From a virus (taxonomy: Duplodnaviria; Heunggongvirae; Uroviricota; Caudoviricetes), in IMG/VR virus record IMGVR_UViG_3300041409_000458: a stretch of 52,925 bases of DNA. One strand, 5' to 3'. The position numbers and the translations under genes are program-made. The notes beneath the pieces were generated by a model. It saw only the letters and a program-made list of their open reading frames with translations, searched no databases and had not been told where the DNA came from. Numbering within the stretch: the first letter of the stretch is position 1; each line of letters starts with the position of its first letter. Positions 26,922 through 36,951 of the stretch are shown piece by piece.

Positions 26922-28307
26922 TTAAACAATATATTTAATACGTGTCTTTAGCATATCAGTTATTGACCTCAAATCAACTAAACTAACTGCTGGACTATTA
27001 CTTTGAACACTCAGACCTTCAAAACTATTAGCTTCAGCTGCTTTTTCCAGTTCCTCTAAGGTTAAATCATGATACTCTTCATCAAAAGCTGATAAAGCAG
27101 ATTCATCAAAATGACTCCCTTGAGGCTGGCTGTTAATACAAGCAATGAACATTTCTGTAGTCCTAAGCTTTCCAGTTTCTCCAAGTGGGACTGTAATAGC
27201 TTTGGAAGGATTTACAAGAACAACAACCATAGTATCTCCAAACCCTGAGTAATTATAATCAACAGCAGCTGCATGCAATCCACCAGCAGCACAAATGCTA
27301 TTATCCAAGTTAATCTTGTCTTCTGGAATACGATATATTCCTCCAACTTTGATTTTCATACTTCTATCATGAGATGCAGTGAAGTTATTATTCTCATAGT
27401 CTGGTAATTCTATATACATTTGTTGTAGATTACCAATCAATTCTGGGATTATATAGTTTTCTTCCCTCAAATCTACAAAGTAGAATGTACCTTGTTTATT
27501 TTTACCAATTGCATAACTTCTTGTGTCTTCACCTTTCTTTTTTAAAGAGTAATAGGTTTGACTGATGAATCTTATATAATTGATATCTGCTCCAGTTTTA
27601 CTAACAATTCTCCTGTAAAGAATAAGATTACCATTATTGGTAATACGTACATCATTTTTCTTACAGAATATTAGTAAATCCTCTCTACTTCTCGGTAGTG
27701 GATTAAGAGCTAGTTTGAGCCAGAACATTTTTAAAGCTTGATACTGACAGAACAATTCTTCTTCATCAATAACTAAGTGGTCAATGTTTTCACCTTTTTG
27801 GATTTGTGCAGATATTGCATCTGCTTTTTCTAGGATTTCAATAAATGATGCTAATACTGGAGCTGGCATTAATAGACTCACTCCTTTCATACTTACATCA
27901 TTTCCATTAATAATGAAGTCTTTGTGACCTCTAAGAGCACCAAGATTGTCAGTAACAATCTGTCTTTCCTGTTGTGTTTCACTTACGTTTACAACTACAG
28001 GAACTGGAATTACTCTGTCTATCATCAAATCTTCTATCTCAGTCTGAGTCTTTGCATTCTTTATTTTCTCAAAGAATTCTCTATCTACACTCATTTTATC
28101 CAATGTATTTCCATTCGGAAAGACAACTGTAATGTTTCCATTAGAGAAGATAATATTTTTATAAGGAGTAGATAGAGGCTCAGGAACTTTTGTCACTACA
28201 GCAAGTACATCTTGCAGAGTTTTTTCTACACGTTCAACTGTTTCCGTGTTTTTCTTTAGGTTTTCCCTGTCTTTAGAGGTAAACCAGTTAAACTTGAACC
28301 ATTTCAT
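26922..28307 (-). CDS. rIIB: RIIB-like protein
   Basis: ILYRRIV...H...VGG...ICAAGGLHA...VNP. Downstream of rIIA. Confidence 0.75.
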   Translation of the reverse strand: MKWFKFNWFTSKDRENLKKNTETVERVEKTLQDVLAVVTKVPEPLSTPYKNIIFSNGNITVVFPNGNTLDKMSVDREFFEKIKNAKTQTEIEDLMIDRVIPVPVVVNVSETQQERQIVTDNLGALRGHKDFIINGNDVSMKGVSLLMPAPVLASFIEILEKADAISAQIQKGENIDHLVIDEEELFCQYQALKMFWLKLALNPLPRSREDLLIFCKKNDVRITNNGNLILYRRIVSKTGADINYIRFISQTYYSLKKKGEDTRSYAIGKNKQGTFYFVDLREENYIIPELIGNLQQMYIELPDYENNNFTASHDRSMKIKVGGIYRIPEDKINLDNSICAAGGLHAAAVDYNYSGFGDTMVVVLVNPSKAITVPLGETGKLRTTEMFIACINSQPQGSHFDESALSAFDEEYHDLTLEELEKAAEANSFEGLSVQSNSPAVSLVDLRSITDMLKTRIKYIV

Positions 28308-30600
28308 CTGTTTCTGTTTTAGTTTTAAATATTATTGTTGCTCCTTCAAGGTCATCATATTTTTTCTTTCTGAACAGTAAAACTTGATTAATCAGAGCGT
28401 TATACCTGTTCATAGTTTCGGTATCTGTATGCTTTGGTTGTTCCAAAAGGTTGACAAAGTCATACTTTTTGATGTTGTTCTGTACTCTTTTGTATACATC
28501 CCACAATTGCATATCGAATAGATTATTGTCCTGTGCAACTTGAAGAATCATACTTTCCACGGGTTCATCTCCACAATCAACAAAGTTCTCATTTGCAAAA
28601 TCTTCAAGTTTCTTAACATCATCTACAAAGGATTTTAAGCATAGTTCAAATACTCCTCCTTTGTGTTTAGATAGGTCTTCAAACTCTCCAACTGTTCGGT
28701 TGAATAGAATAGAAGAAGCTAATCTCATGAATGGTTTACTATCCATACTTATATACTGTTTAAATGTGATAAATTGGTTACTTTCTGGAATTCTTTTTCT
28801 CTCCAGTTTTCCTATACGTGCAAATTTCACGTTTGGATTATTACTTCTCTCCATAATACTCTTTGCAAGCTCTACATCTCCATCCGAGACAATTATAGTT
28901 AGGTATTTGTTACTTTTTAGAGAAGAAATTGGATAAACATCCTTTTTAAAGTGGATTTTTCCATATCTTTCGTATGCATAAGCAATAGTAACATCTCCAG
29001 CTTGCTTGTTAAGACCTGTATATGAACCACTTATATATCCAGAAGCTCTGGACATTTTCTGAGATTCTCTCTTTTTTTCAAGCCAATCCAGATAATCCTT
29101 TGTAGTTGCAACATTTGTCTCATCCTTAAAGGTACTAACTGTAGTTGAAACTACCAACTGCCATTCTTTAATGTAATCTCTCCATGTTTGCTTAGGAAAT
29201 CTGGATAATTCTACTATATTATAGTAACTATCTGGGGCAATTTCTCCATCATCAGCATATCGTTTATTCTCAACTTTTCCTCCCAAGCTTCTTGTAAATG
29301 AGTTCTTACGAACGTATAGTTTGTCAGCACCATATTTCCTCGAAAGGTACTCCCTAACATTACCTTTATAATCATCACCAACTACAATAACATCCTTTTT
29401 AAGGTCAAAGATTAAATTATCCTTGTTGATTTTATGTGACTTTGTAATTCGTTTACCATTAGGAAGAATATGTACACAAGGACTATATTCCTGAACTAAA
29501 TGTTTCTTCTTGCTTTTGTACCAATCACCAGTCCTTTTAGTAACACCTTTAATCTGTATCTCAAGCTGTCTAAAACTAGCGTATTTCAGTAGAGGATTAA
29601 TTGTAAAATCTCTGTCTTCAAGAGGAACTACATAATCACTTTTTCCTATATATGGATAAGCTTCCATAAAAGTGGGAAATTCTGTGACTTTTTCATTGTA
29701 TTTCTTCACGAACCAGTCAGCTACTCCTTTAATCTTTTCTAATAGTAGCGTTCTAACCTTGTCATTTGTAATATATGATTCTCTGGAAGGAGTTGGTGTT
29801 AAACCATCACCTAAACCTAACCTTATTGCAATAGGTAAGTTGATTGGTTGTATCCCAAGTGCTTCATAATCAATGGTATAATACACATCTTTAAGAGCAA
29901 TATGAATCTGAGAGTTACTATTGAGTGATGAATATTGAAATAATGGGTGTCTATGAATATCATTTTTAACTATAACACCATCAATTACAAGAACTGCAGT
30001 ATCATAATATGCTAACTTAGACTTAGCTTTCTTAACAAATAACTCTCTCTCTCCCCAGTCTTTAATAACAAGCTCTGCAAGTACTCCATTTTCTTCTTTA
30101 GTATCTTTTTGATGAATAAGGTCAAAGTTTACGAACTCATCACCTTCATAAACGAGATATTTCCTTTCAATCCCTCCTTTACGACAAGTAAAGGTAGCTG
30201 ACCTCTCGAGAGATAGAAATGACTTCATTCCGATACCAAAGTGTCCAATAGTATCATTATCATTCTCTTTAGTAGATTCTAAGTAATTCATGCAAATATC
30301 TTCAAAATCCCTGTCATCTAATCCACAACCCTTATCTTCTACAGATAAGCTTATAGCTCCTCTGTCATTCTTAGTTATATTAACCATTACAGGATTCTCA
30401 ATAGAATTCTTACCTGCCTGAACGACACCATCAACTCCATTGTTTGTCCACTCAGCTATTACAGCTGTGATTGGGTCCTTATAAAGTCCCTTCGTAAGAA
30501 GATATTGGAGCTTCTTCATTTTATCCACACTTATCTTAGCCTTCTTACTATCATGTTCTCCAACTATCTCTAAATCTTTTACTCTTTCTGCTATAATCAT
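28288..30600 (-). CDS. rIIA: RIIA-like protein (N-terminal GHKL ATPase)
   Basis: LYKDPITAVIAEWTNNGVD, EDKGCGL, IGHFGIGMKS. Confidence 0.8.
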   Translation of the reverse strand: MIIAERVKDLEIVGEHDSKKAKISVDKMKKLQYLLTKGLYKDPITAVIAEWTNNGVDGVVQAGKNSIENPVMVNITKNDRGAISLSVEDKGCGLDDRDFEDICMNYLESTKENDNDTIGHFGIGMKSFLSLERSATFTCRKGGIERKYLVYEGDEFVNFDLIHQKDTKEENGVLAELVIKDWGERELFVKKAKSKLAYYDTAVLVIDGVIVKNDIHRHPLFQYSSLNSNSQIHIALKDVYYTIDYEALGIQPINLPIAIRLGLGDGLTPTPSRESYITNDKVRTLLLEKIKGVADWFVKKYNEKVTEFPTFMEAYPYIGKSDYVVPLEDRDFTINPLLKYASFRQLEIQIKGVTKRTGDWYKSKKKHLVQEYSPCVHILPNGKRITKSHKINKDNLIFDLKKDVIVVGDDYKGNVREYLSRKYGADKLYVRKNSFTRSLGGKVENKRYADDGEIAPDSYYNIVELSRFPKQTWRDYIKEWQLVVSTTVSTFKDETNVATTKDYLDWLEKKRESQKMSRASGYISGSYTGLNKQAGDVTIAYAYERYGKIHFKKDVYPISSLKSNKYLTIIVSDGDVELAKSIMERSNNPNVKFARIGKLERKRIPESNQFITFKQYISMDSKPFMRLASSILFNRTVGEFEDLSKHKGGVFELCLKSFVDDVKKLEDFANENFVDCGDEPVESMILQVAQDNNLFDMQLWDVYKRVQNNIKKYDFVNLLEQPKHTDTETMNRYNALINQVLLFRKKKYDDLEGATIIFKTKTETDEMVQV

Positions 30601-30824
30601 AAGAATTTATTTAATGCGTTAATGACTGATTGTAAATCCTCCTTGGGTATTTGTAAGCGTAAATGACTTGTTATCATTCCATCCTTTGAATTAATGGAAT
30701 TTAGGGTTACTACGTCTTTTGTTCTCCAGTCCTCATCATTATTTATACTTAAGCCAGCTTGTTTGGGAGCTTTACTCATTGCTTTAGCATCAACTACTCT
30801 GCTATATTTAACATTTTCTATCAT
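30597..30824 (-). CDS. Hypothetical protein
   Basis: ATGA-coupled ORF. Confidence 0.55.
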   Translation of the reverse strand: MIENVKYSRVVDAKAMSKAPKQAGLSINNDEDWRTKDVVTLNSINSKDGMITSHLRLQIPKEDLQSVINALNKFL

Positions 30825-31027
30825 AGTTCTAATTTTGATTGTTTGAATTTAGATATTGGTTGCAATTCTTGTAATTTTGATTTGTACAATTTCTTTTGTA
30901 CTTCTACTTGTCTTCTGACATCTGTGAGAGGACCAATAGCCTCAGCCAAATCTTCTACGAATTGACTGAAGCCGGGAGTGTCCCACAAAGCAAGTTTATT
31001 TCTTAATCTTTGTTCCTGTGGACTCAT
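30821..31027 (-). CDS. Hypothetical protein
   Basis: ATGA-coupled ORF with coiled-coil character. Confidence 0.5.
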   Translation of the reverse strand: MSPQEQRLRNKLALWDTPGFSQFVEDLAEAIGPLTDVRRQVEVQKKLYKSKLQELQPISKFKQSKLEL

Positions 31028-31611
31028 CTGTCTGATTTTCCGTGGTGGTCAATAGGTTGCCAGTTCTTTGTTAACATATGCTTCTCTACTTGATTGTAGC
31101 TCAGCACATTATAATCATACCAACTTCCATTAATACCGACGTCCATACATCTTGCTGTAGGTCGTTCAGGTAATGAATGATGTGAGTGTCCATGAAGATG
31201 CCAAACTCCGTGATGAGACTTATCCCAAACATCCATTCTGTAGTGATTTAACACTATTTCCTGATATCCATTAGATTTGTCTTTATCTGGAATTCTTACT
31301 TTCTTCTGCTCACCAAGATAAATACCGTATTTCTTGTATAATTTAATGGTATCATCTTTATCATGATTTCCCTTTATAAAGAACAAGTTTGCTCCTGTGT
31401 AAGAGATTGCTTTCATGTGACCTTCCATAGTATTAGAACCTCTGGTCAAAGCAAAATCTCCTAAAAAATAGAGATTATCTCCCTTTTTAAGGGTTGAACA
31501 AACATTATGAATAATTGTTTCATTCATTTGTTCAACCGTTTTAAAAGGTCTTCCATCATATTTGATGATATTGGCATGGTCAAGATGCCAGTCTGCACTA
31601 AAATAATCCAT
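31024..31611 (-). CDS. Calcineurin-like metallophosphoesterase (intact)
   Basis: ADWH, LGD, GNHD, NHY, HGHSH. Confidence 0.9.
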   Translation of the reverse strand: MDYFSADWHLDHANIIKYDGRPFKTVEQMNETIIHNVCSTLKKGDNLYFLGDFALTRGSNTMEGHMKAISYTGANLFFIKGNHDKDDTIKLYKKYGIYLGEQKKVRIPDKDKSNGYQEIVLNHYRMDVWDKSHHGVWHLHGHSHHSLPERPTARCMDVGINGSWYDYNVLSYNQVEKHMLTKNWQPIDHHGKSDR

Positions 31612-31620
31612 ATTAATAAT

Positions 31621-31776
31621 TTAAGGTTCGTAAATTTCACAGCCTTGTAATTCAAGTGCTTCTTTTTCAGCGTCAGTTATAGCTATCTCAACTATTTCCA
31701 AGCCTTCTCCATCTTCTGGTGTAACATTTAACACCCAATTGGTTCCATTGTGTTGTAATTCTAATATTGCTGTCAT
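31621..31776 (-). CDS. 51-aa acidic protein (not in ORF track)
   Basis: MTAILELQHNGTNWVLNVTPEDGEGLEIVEIAITDAEKEALELQGCEIYEP. TAATG overlap with the upstream gene. Confidence 0.6.
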   Translation of the reverse strand: MTAILELQHNGTNWVLNVTPEDGEGLEIVEIAITDAEKEALELQGCEIYEP

Positions 31777-32603
31777 TACTCAAGGTTTATTTCTGGTTCA
31801 ATTTCATCAAAATCTGCCTGAGGAATAACATCCAAATTCAGATATATCTGTCTTCCGAGGTCAAACTCAGGTAAACAAGGATATAATCCTCTACTGCCTG
31901 ATAGTTTGAATTTGTCACAGATATATGTGTGAAATTTAACATGTTGTTTATCAAATATTGCCGGATGATTTTCCTTAAAAGCTTCTGTACAATTGTTATA
32001 GAAGTCCCAAAGGCTATCTCCTGAGAAATAGATGGATTTCTTCATCTCTTTTTTCAGGATTGCTAATTGACTAAGTGTCAATAGTCCCTCATTCACAATC
32101 ATATCTCCTATTAAAGAGGACCTTATGAGTGGATTGAGAGTTATAGCTTTCATTTCCTCCTTGTTCTTTACTAATCTTTCAAACTCTTCCTGCAATCCTC
32201 CAATAACCGTTTTTATATGGTCACGAAAGTCAGTCAGAGCATCTCCAGAGTGCTTTCTGGCATAATAACCATTAGCAATATTCCCCATCATTCCATTCTT
32301 ACAGACTAAAACAACTGCTGTAGCTCTGATTTCTGCCTTTCTTGTCTTGTTGTAAGAATTCACGAATGATATAGCTGGAGATAATTCTCCTCCAATATCT
32401 GATTGAATTCTATACATTCCGGTAAGAACATTACAATTATGCAGTGAAAGATACCTTTCATCAGCTATTGTATATCCTTTATCCTTCAATTCTCCCGTAA
32501 TCTCTTCTAAGAAGACTTTGTGGGGTATTACTGTATATGTCGCTGTTGCCTGAGGCAATGGACAATCAAGTAGTCTTTGTTTGGTTGATTCCCAATTTTT
32601 CAT
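31776..32603 (-). CDS. DUF932-family protein
   Basis: YTVIPH...FVNSYN...VLVCKNGM...KHSG pattern. Confidence 0.7.
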   Translation of the reverse strand: MKNWESTKQRLLDCPLPQATATYTVIPHKVFLEEITGELKDKGYTIADERYLSLHNCNVLTGMYRIQSDIGGELSPAISFVNSYNKTRKAEIRATAVVLVCKNGMMGNIANGYYARKHSGDALTDFRDHIKTVIGGLQEEFERLVKNKEEMKAITLNPLIRSSLIGDMIVNEGLLTLSQLAILKKEMKKSIYFSGDSLWDFYNNCTEAFKENHPAIFDKQHVKFHTYICDKFKLSGSRGLYPCLPEFDLGRQIYLNLDVIPQADFDEIEPEINLE

Positions 32604-32821
32604 ATATTATCTTTTTCTATTTCTTCCTGTAATTCATTTCTTGTTTGACTTCCACATATCAGGCAAACGTGGTCACCTTTGATAGTTGGTACTTCGGTGT
32701 CACAGAAGTTACATACTTCATATGAGCATATTTCATGTTTGTTAGCCTCATTACAGGCTGCAGCTACTCCGTCTTTTTCATATGCATCACGGATTGTAGC
32801 TTCAATTTTCCTAGTATTCAT
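32600..32821 (-). CDS. Hypothetical Zn-ribbon protein
   Basis: CNFC...CLIC. Confidence 0.55.
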   Translation of the reverse strand: MNTRKIEATIRDAYEKDGVAAACNEANKHEICSYEVCNFCDTEVPTIKGDHVCLICGSQTRNELQEEIEKDNI

Positions 32822-32838
32822 ACTAATATTTTAAAGGT

Positions 32839-33012
32839 TTACCAATAATCTGCCCAATAATCTCGTTCTTCTTCATCTGTCATCCAGTGAATAACTCCCT
32901 TTCCATGACATTCTGGACACTTGACTGTTTCTTTTTTATCGTCGTGCATACTTACAAGAGCTTCTATAGTTCCTTTTCCCTTGCAAGTCCCACATGTTTC
33001 CGTGTTAGGCAT
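32839..33012 (-). CDS. 57-aa DnaJ-type zinc-finger protein (not in ORF track)
   Basis: MPNTETCGTCKGKG...CPECHGKG: two CxxCxGxG repeats. Confidence 0.75.
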   Translation of the reverse strand: MPNTETCGTCKGKGTIEALVSMHDDKKETVKCPECHGKGVIHWMTDEEERDYWADYW

Positions 33013-33022
33013 AATTTATGAT

Positions 33023-33547
33023 TTAAAAGGGTAATACTTGGCTCTCTTCCCATTTATCTTTATCCCAGTAGATATGAAAACGGTTAGCAGACCAGATAAT
33101 CTTGTTAATTTCCTCAAAAACTCCTTTGGAGTCCCAATCTGTATGAGTGTGAGATGCAGCTGCCGGATGACTCAACTTGATAATCTTACAAAAAGGATTA
33201 ATATATTTCTCCATAGCTAATGAAGCCTGTCCACATAACACATAAACTATATGTGTTTCACTTCTAAGAACTTCTTCGAGGAGATATTTCTGGAAAGGTT
33301 CCCATAATTTGCTATGAGAAGCTGTTTTACCCAATTTGCAGGTTAAATCTGTGTTTAGGAGCATTACCCCTTGTTCATGGAGATAGTCCAAGGATTTGTC
33401 GTATTTGACCCTGTAGCCCATCTCTTTGGTTATGGCATCATACCAGTTAACTAAGGATGGCTGTAATTTGCCATCTGGACTATTAGAACAGTCCATTGCG
33501 ATGCCGGATGCTTGAAAGGCACCATTCGAGTACTTACGTGGGTAAGG
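33023..33547 (-). CDS. ung: Uracil-DNA glycosylase, exon 2
   Basis: Begins PYPRKY...ASGIAMD and contains QPSL, QGVMLLNT, H..LW.PF and SHPAAA. Follows the intron's terminal G at 33548. Confidence 0.9.
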   Translation of the reverse strand, partial: PYPRKYSNGAFQASGIAMDCSNSPDGKLQPSLVNWYDAITKEMGYRVKYDKSLDYLHEQGVMLLNTDLTCKLGKTASHSKLWEPFQKYLLEEVLRSETHIVYVLCGQASLAMEKYINPFCKIIKLSHPAAASHTHTDWDSKGVFEEINKIIWSANRFHIYWDKDKWEESQVLPF

Positions 33548-34522
33548 CAGTATTGTTATCGTTGGTCTCTTTATACCAACTTCTACACTTTCTTTTGTTA
33601 TTTGTGTAGCTCAGACTATATCATCACTTGTTTCACTACAAGTGTTGGGAGCTCGTGGATATATTATATTCTAAGATGTTATTGTCCTCTGAGCAATTAA
33701 CTAGTGTATAGCCTGTCAATAACTACTATACATCATTTCTTAGTTTCAATATCTAGTCGTTGAACCCACTAGAGTTATTAAGCTCTAGGTCGGCTGCTGA
33801 TTGTCTGCTTCCAGAGGTTCCAGCAATTCACCCAATTTTAGATGGACCATCTTATACTTAAAACATTCTAGTATGTAAGGTCGTACTATTTCGATTAATT
33901 TTTCACAACTTTTAGAGGACACTCTTATTGTATTATCACTTTTATTATAGGTAGATATAATCTCCCACTTTCTTTTGAGTAAATCAATAAGAAATAGGAT
34001 ATCTTCCTTGGTAAAAGACTGAGTATTAATGGTTATACAAGAAGACCTATTCTTCCTGTTCCATATATTCCCATCATCCATATACCAAATAGCTAAACCA
34101 AAATCATCTAGCTTTTCAACATCTTCTCTATTAACTCCCTTGCCATTTTCTCCGTAGTACTTTTGACGATATTCAGAAAACAAAGGGTGTGACCTAGATG
34201 TGAAGCTATGAGATATACATTCTCCACTTTTGTAACGTGGAGATTTATGTGTATATGTTCTCATTTTACACAAAATACCAAAGCTTTCAAGGAAATTCCT
34301 CTTCCACTTTAAGTAATCTAGTTGTTTTGTAGAGTGTGTAAAAGCCATATAACTCATGGTCTTTGATGTTTTTTGTGGGGATAGCCATCCATCTCCTAAA
34401 AGTGAACCTCTTATAAATTGTTCAAGTTGTTCTTTCTCAGTAATTTGTATGTATTTCATACAATAAATATACTGAAATTATCTGATAGTAGACTATCCAA
34501 AATGTTAAGCAATTGTTATTTA
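33548..34522 (-). mobile_element. Group I intron (975 nt) in UDG, with LAGLIDADG ORF in the P1 loop
   Basis: 5' exon ends in U and the intron ends in G. IGS GUCCAUC (33841-33847) pairs with exon GAUGGAU, with a U.G pair at the splice site. P4 UGCUG/CAGCA (33821-33825 / 33795-33799). P7 GACUA (33754-33758) / UAGUC (33614-33618). Confidence 0.92.
33785..34459 (-). CDS. Intron-encoded LAGLIDADG homing endonuclease
   Basis: FIRGSLLGDGWL and LAIWYMDDG. The ORF's 3' end overlaps the intron core. Confidence 0.9.
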   Translation of the reverse strand: MKYIQITEKEQLEQFIRGSLLGDGWLSPQKTSKTMSYMAFTHSTKQLDYLKWKRNFLESFGILCKMRTYTHKSPRYKSGECISHSFTSRSHPLFSEYRQKYYGENGKGVNREDVEKLDDFGLAIWYMDDGNIWNRKNRSSCITINTQSFTKEDILFLIDLLKRKWEIISTYNKSDNTIRVSSKSCEKLIEIVRPYILECFKYKMVHLKLGELLEPLEADNQQPT

Positions 34523-34744
34523 ATCCATCAAATAGAAGACAACCTTCAGATTCTTAGGGTCAACTGTCTTAAAAGCACGGAAAGTGTCCGTGCTCTTAGG
34601 AACAATTGTCTCTTTAGCTGAATCTGCTTTTATCTTCTGATAGATTTCCCACATTTCCTTACCTTCGATGAAGGGCTTGAACTTTGGTGCCCAAGCCCCC
34701 ATTTTGTCTTTAAATGTGTTGTAGTCTAATCTTTCCATGGCCAT
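34523..34744 (-). CDS. ung: Uracil-DNA glycosylase, exon 1
   Basis: W...F...P...FRAF...LKVVFYLMD. Splicing restores LMD|PYP (GQDPY equivalent) and gives a 248-aa protein. Confidence 0.9.
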
Positions 34745-35118
34745 ATTAAATTATCTGTTACTATGTTTCCACTACCATCAATGAAATATTCGGCTCCCTT
34801 AGGAATTATCATTTGTATCTTAGCAGAGCCCATTTTACGTTGTGCTTTTTCTAGTGTTTCACAACAGTGAAGTCCTGCAAGAATACGTATATACCACTTA
34901 CTTCCAGTTTTTGATACCCTTACATCAAACTTTTTAGGGTCTTCTTGATAGTAATGCTCACCTTCTTTATATTCCATACCTTGATATGGAGCATAAAATT
35001 GAGTTCCATCTGTTTTTAATGATTTATAAACCTTCATCCTTCTCTCTGCTATGAGTGGTATTGCTGCAGCCAAGGCTTCCTTCTTAGTTTTAAAACTTGT
35101 TGCTAATGTTAAACACAT
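34726..35118 (-). CDS. Hypothetical protein, paralog family A (MC...KVYK...GLH...IPKG)
   Basis: Likely start MCLTL at 35118. Shares motifs with 39101-39463 and 43874-44266. Confidence 0.65.
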   Translation of the reverse strand: MCLTLATSFKTKKEALAAAIPLIAERRMKVYKSLKTDGTQFYAPYQGMEYKEGEHYYQEDPKKFDVRVSKTGSKWYIRILAGLHCCETLEKAQRKMGSAKIQMIIPKGAEYFIDGSGNIVTDNLIWPWKD

Positions 35119-35128
35119 ATAATTAAAT

Positions 35129-35641
35129 TTAAAGTGTGATTTTTGTATCTTTTGAATGGTCAATTATTACTGGAGTAAAGGTAACCTTTGGAGCTACATA
35201 AGTTCCGTCCAGAACATCATGAAAATCCTGAGGAAGCCAGATATTCTTTTGGTTTCTACAGTCTTTGAACATTGGAGCTATTTGCTCTGGAGTGAAACCA
35301 GCCAACCCACAACCTACCTTTGTTACCATAAAATTCCATTTCTTGTGGTAATGACCATTTGTAAAGGTAATAAAACGCTTTACATAAAATTCGATTACCT
35401 TTAGAGGTAAAGGAATTACTTCCCAATCTTTGGTAGGAATGGCAAATGATGTTCCTGCAAATCCAAATCCAAGCCCTAAATGAGCTCCAAATCGTTTAGA
35501 GGCATATAGAGCTGCTCCAGCTCCGTGAATACCTGCTTCATTAGCTCCAAAAACAAAAACCTGATTCTTCTCCAACTCTCCGATATCCTCAGGTGTGACC
35601 CTTAAATTATTTTTAGGTCCTTTAATTTCTGTTTGTTCCAT
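35129..35641 (-). CDS. A1S_2505-like macro-fold phage protein
   Basis: VFVFGANEAGIHGAGAA...SFAIPTK...VTKVGCGLAGF...IAPMF. Confidence 0.7.
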   Translation of the reverse strand: MEQTEIKGPKNNLRVTPEDIGELEKNQVFVFGANEAGIHGAGAALYASKRFGAHLGLGFGFAGTSFAIPTKDWEVIPLPLKVIEFYVKRFITFTNGHYHKKWNFMVTKVGCGLAGFTPEQIAPMFKDCRNQKNIWLPQDFHDVLDGTYVAPKVTFTPVIIDHSKDTKITL

Positions 35642-36171
35642 ATTTTTATATTTATTTGTAAATAATCTTTTTCAAATTGTTCAAACTTTTCTCTTGCATT
35701 ATCCCTCCAATACCCTTTAACTTCTATATAACAATTCTGAATTGGTAGATAGAAGTCAGGTGTATAGGTATAATTTTTACCATTTACAATGATGGGAAAC
35801 GCTCTGGGTTCATATTGCCAAGTAATTCCTTTTGAGTCAAAATATTTAGCAACTGCTATCTCCCAAGAACTTCTCATAAAGATTCCAGCATATATACCTC
35901 TCTTTCCATGACTTATTTTACCAAGTCTTGGATGTAAATTCTTACTATGCCATGTTTTCATGTTTTCTCCCCTTTGTTCAAGGGATGTATTAGCATTAAC
36001 TTTATTTGAACATTTTAAGCATAACTTATTCCTTTTTGCCATTCTAAATTTTCTTTCTAGAATATTAGAGCAATGTTCACACATACATACAACCAGTTTT
36101 TCACTGCTTGGACGTAATTTACTTGGCTCATAGCCAAATTTGTCTTTAGTTTCTCTTTCAAGAATTATCAT
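35602..36171 (-). CDS. PD-(D/E)XK homing-type endonuclease with N-terminal zinc finger
   Basis: CEHC...CLKC; MRSSWE...YEP...YTPDF...IEVKG. Confidence 0.75.
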   Translation of the reverse strand: MIILERETKDKFGYEPSKLRPSSEKLVVCMCEHCSNILERKFRMAKRNKLCLKCSNKVNANTSLEQRGENMKTWHSKNLHPRLGKISHGKRGIYAGIFMRSSWEIAVAKYFDSKGITWQYEPRAFPIIVNGKNYTYTPDFYLPIQNCYIEVKGYWRDNAREKFEQFEKDYLQINIKIWNKQKLKDLKII

Positions 36172-36187
36172 AATAATGTATTTGGTA

Positions 36188-36218
36188 CAAAATACGAAAA
36201 ATTTCTGAAATTACCAAA
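36188..36218 (-). promoter_or_regulatory. Bacteroidota sigma70-type promoter
   Basis: TTTG-N20-TATTTTG. Confidence 0.6.
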
Positions 36219-36225
36219 TACAAAA

Positions 36226-36951
36226 TTAAAGATTAATAAAGTGAGGAATGAACATACCTTGAGTACATCCGGGAACAGGAATCATTTGGTCTCCGTTCTG
36301 GTCTGCCATCTTACTAAGACCTACATAAAAAGTCTTCTTAAATTGTTCTTCGACCTTATTAGGGTCTATTAAGCAATGAAGTCCTCCTCTGGTTTTAAGT
36401 AAAGTAACAGCATCACCATTTACATGCTGTGATATTCTATACTTTATGAATTCAGTATAGTCAGTGTATTTCTTGTCTTCATAAGTTACCACTTCAGGTA
36501 TCTCATTTGGATAATCAATATCAAAATCTATCCAGCAAGTTCTGCTCTTTGACTTCTGAATCTCAGATAAGGCTTCCTGATGAGCATTCATGTTCACATT
36601 TTGGTCTCGGATTGAGTTTGCCAGTTTACACATTGTATTAACAGTAGCCTTGAACATATTTCTGGGATTAACAGTTACATATAATGCTAAAGCACTTTCC
36701 GGAACTGGAAACTCTCTCTGCATATACCAACCAACCTCAATCTCTAACTGTTTGATTTTCTGGAACATACGTTCCTTATCTGTAACAAATCGTTTTAGCT
36801 GAGCTTTATCACTTTTGATGTGACTGAGTTCTTTACAATATTTGTTACGGGCAAAGAGACAGAAGTAATACTTCTCGTGCTCTTTCAATTCTGGGAGCCA
36901 TTCAATGAAATCTCTCAGAAGTTTTTCATCCTTTACTATTTTGTAGTTCAT
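36226..36951 (-). CDS. AEP-like primase-polymerase-fold protein
   Basis: hhDhD motif (WIDFDID) and KTRGGLH. C-terminal DQ...PVPG. Confidence 0.5.
   Translation of the reverse strand: MNYKIVKDEKLLRDFIEWLPELKEHEKYYFCLFARNKYCKELSHIKSDKAQLKRFVTDKERMFQKIKQLEIEVGWYMQREFPVPESALALYVTVNPRNMFKATVNTMCKLANSIRDQNVNMNAHQEALSEIQKSKSRTCWIDFDIDYPNEIPEVVTYEDKKYTDYTEFIKYRISQHVNGDAVTLLKTRGGLHCLIDPNKVEEQFKKTFYVGLSKMADQNGDQMIPVPGCTQGMFIPHFINL

Noticed and set aside
26922-30600. rIIA/rIIB as a novel system
   Set aside because: This is a well-known, widespread phage gene pair.
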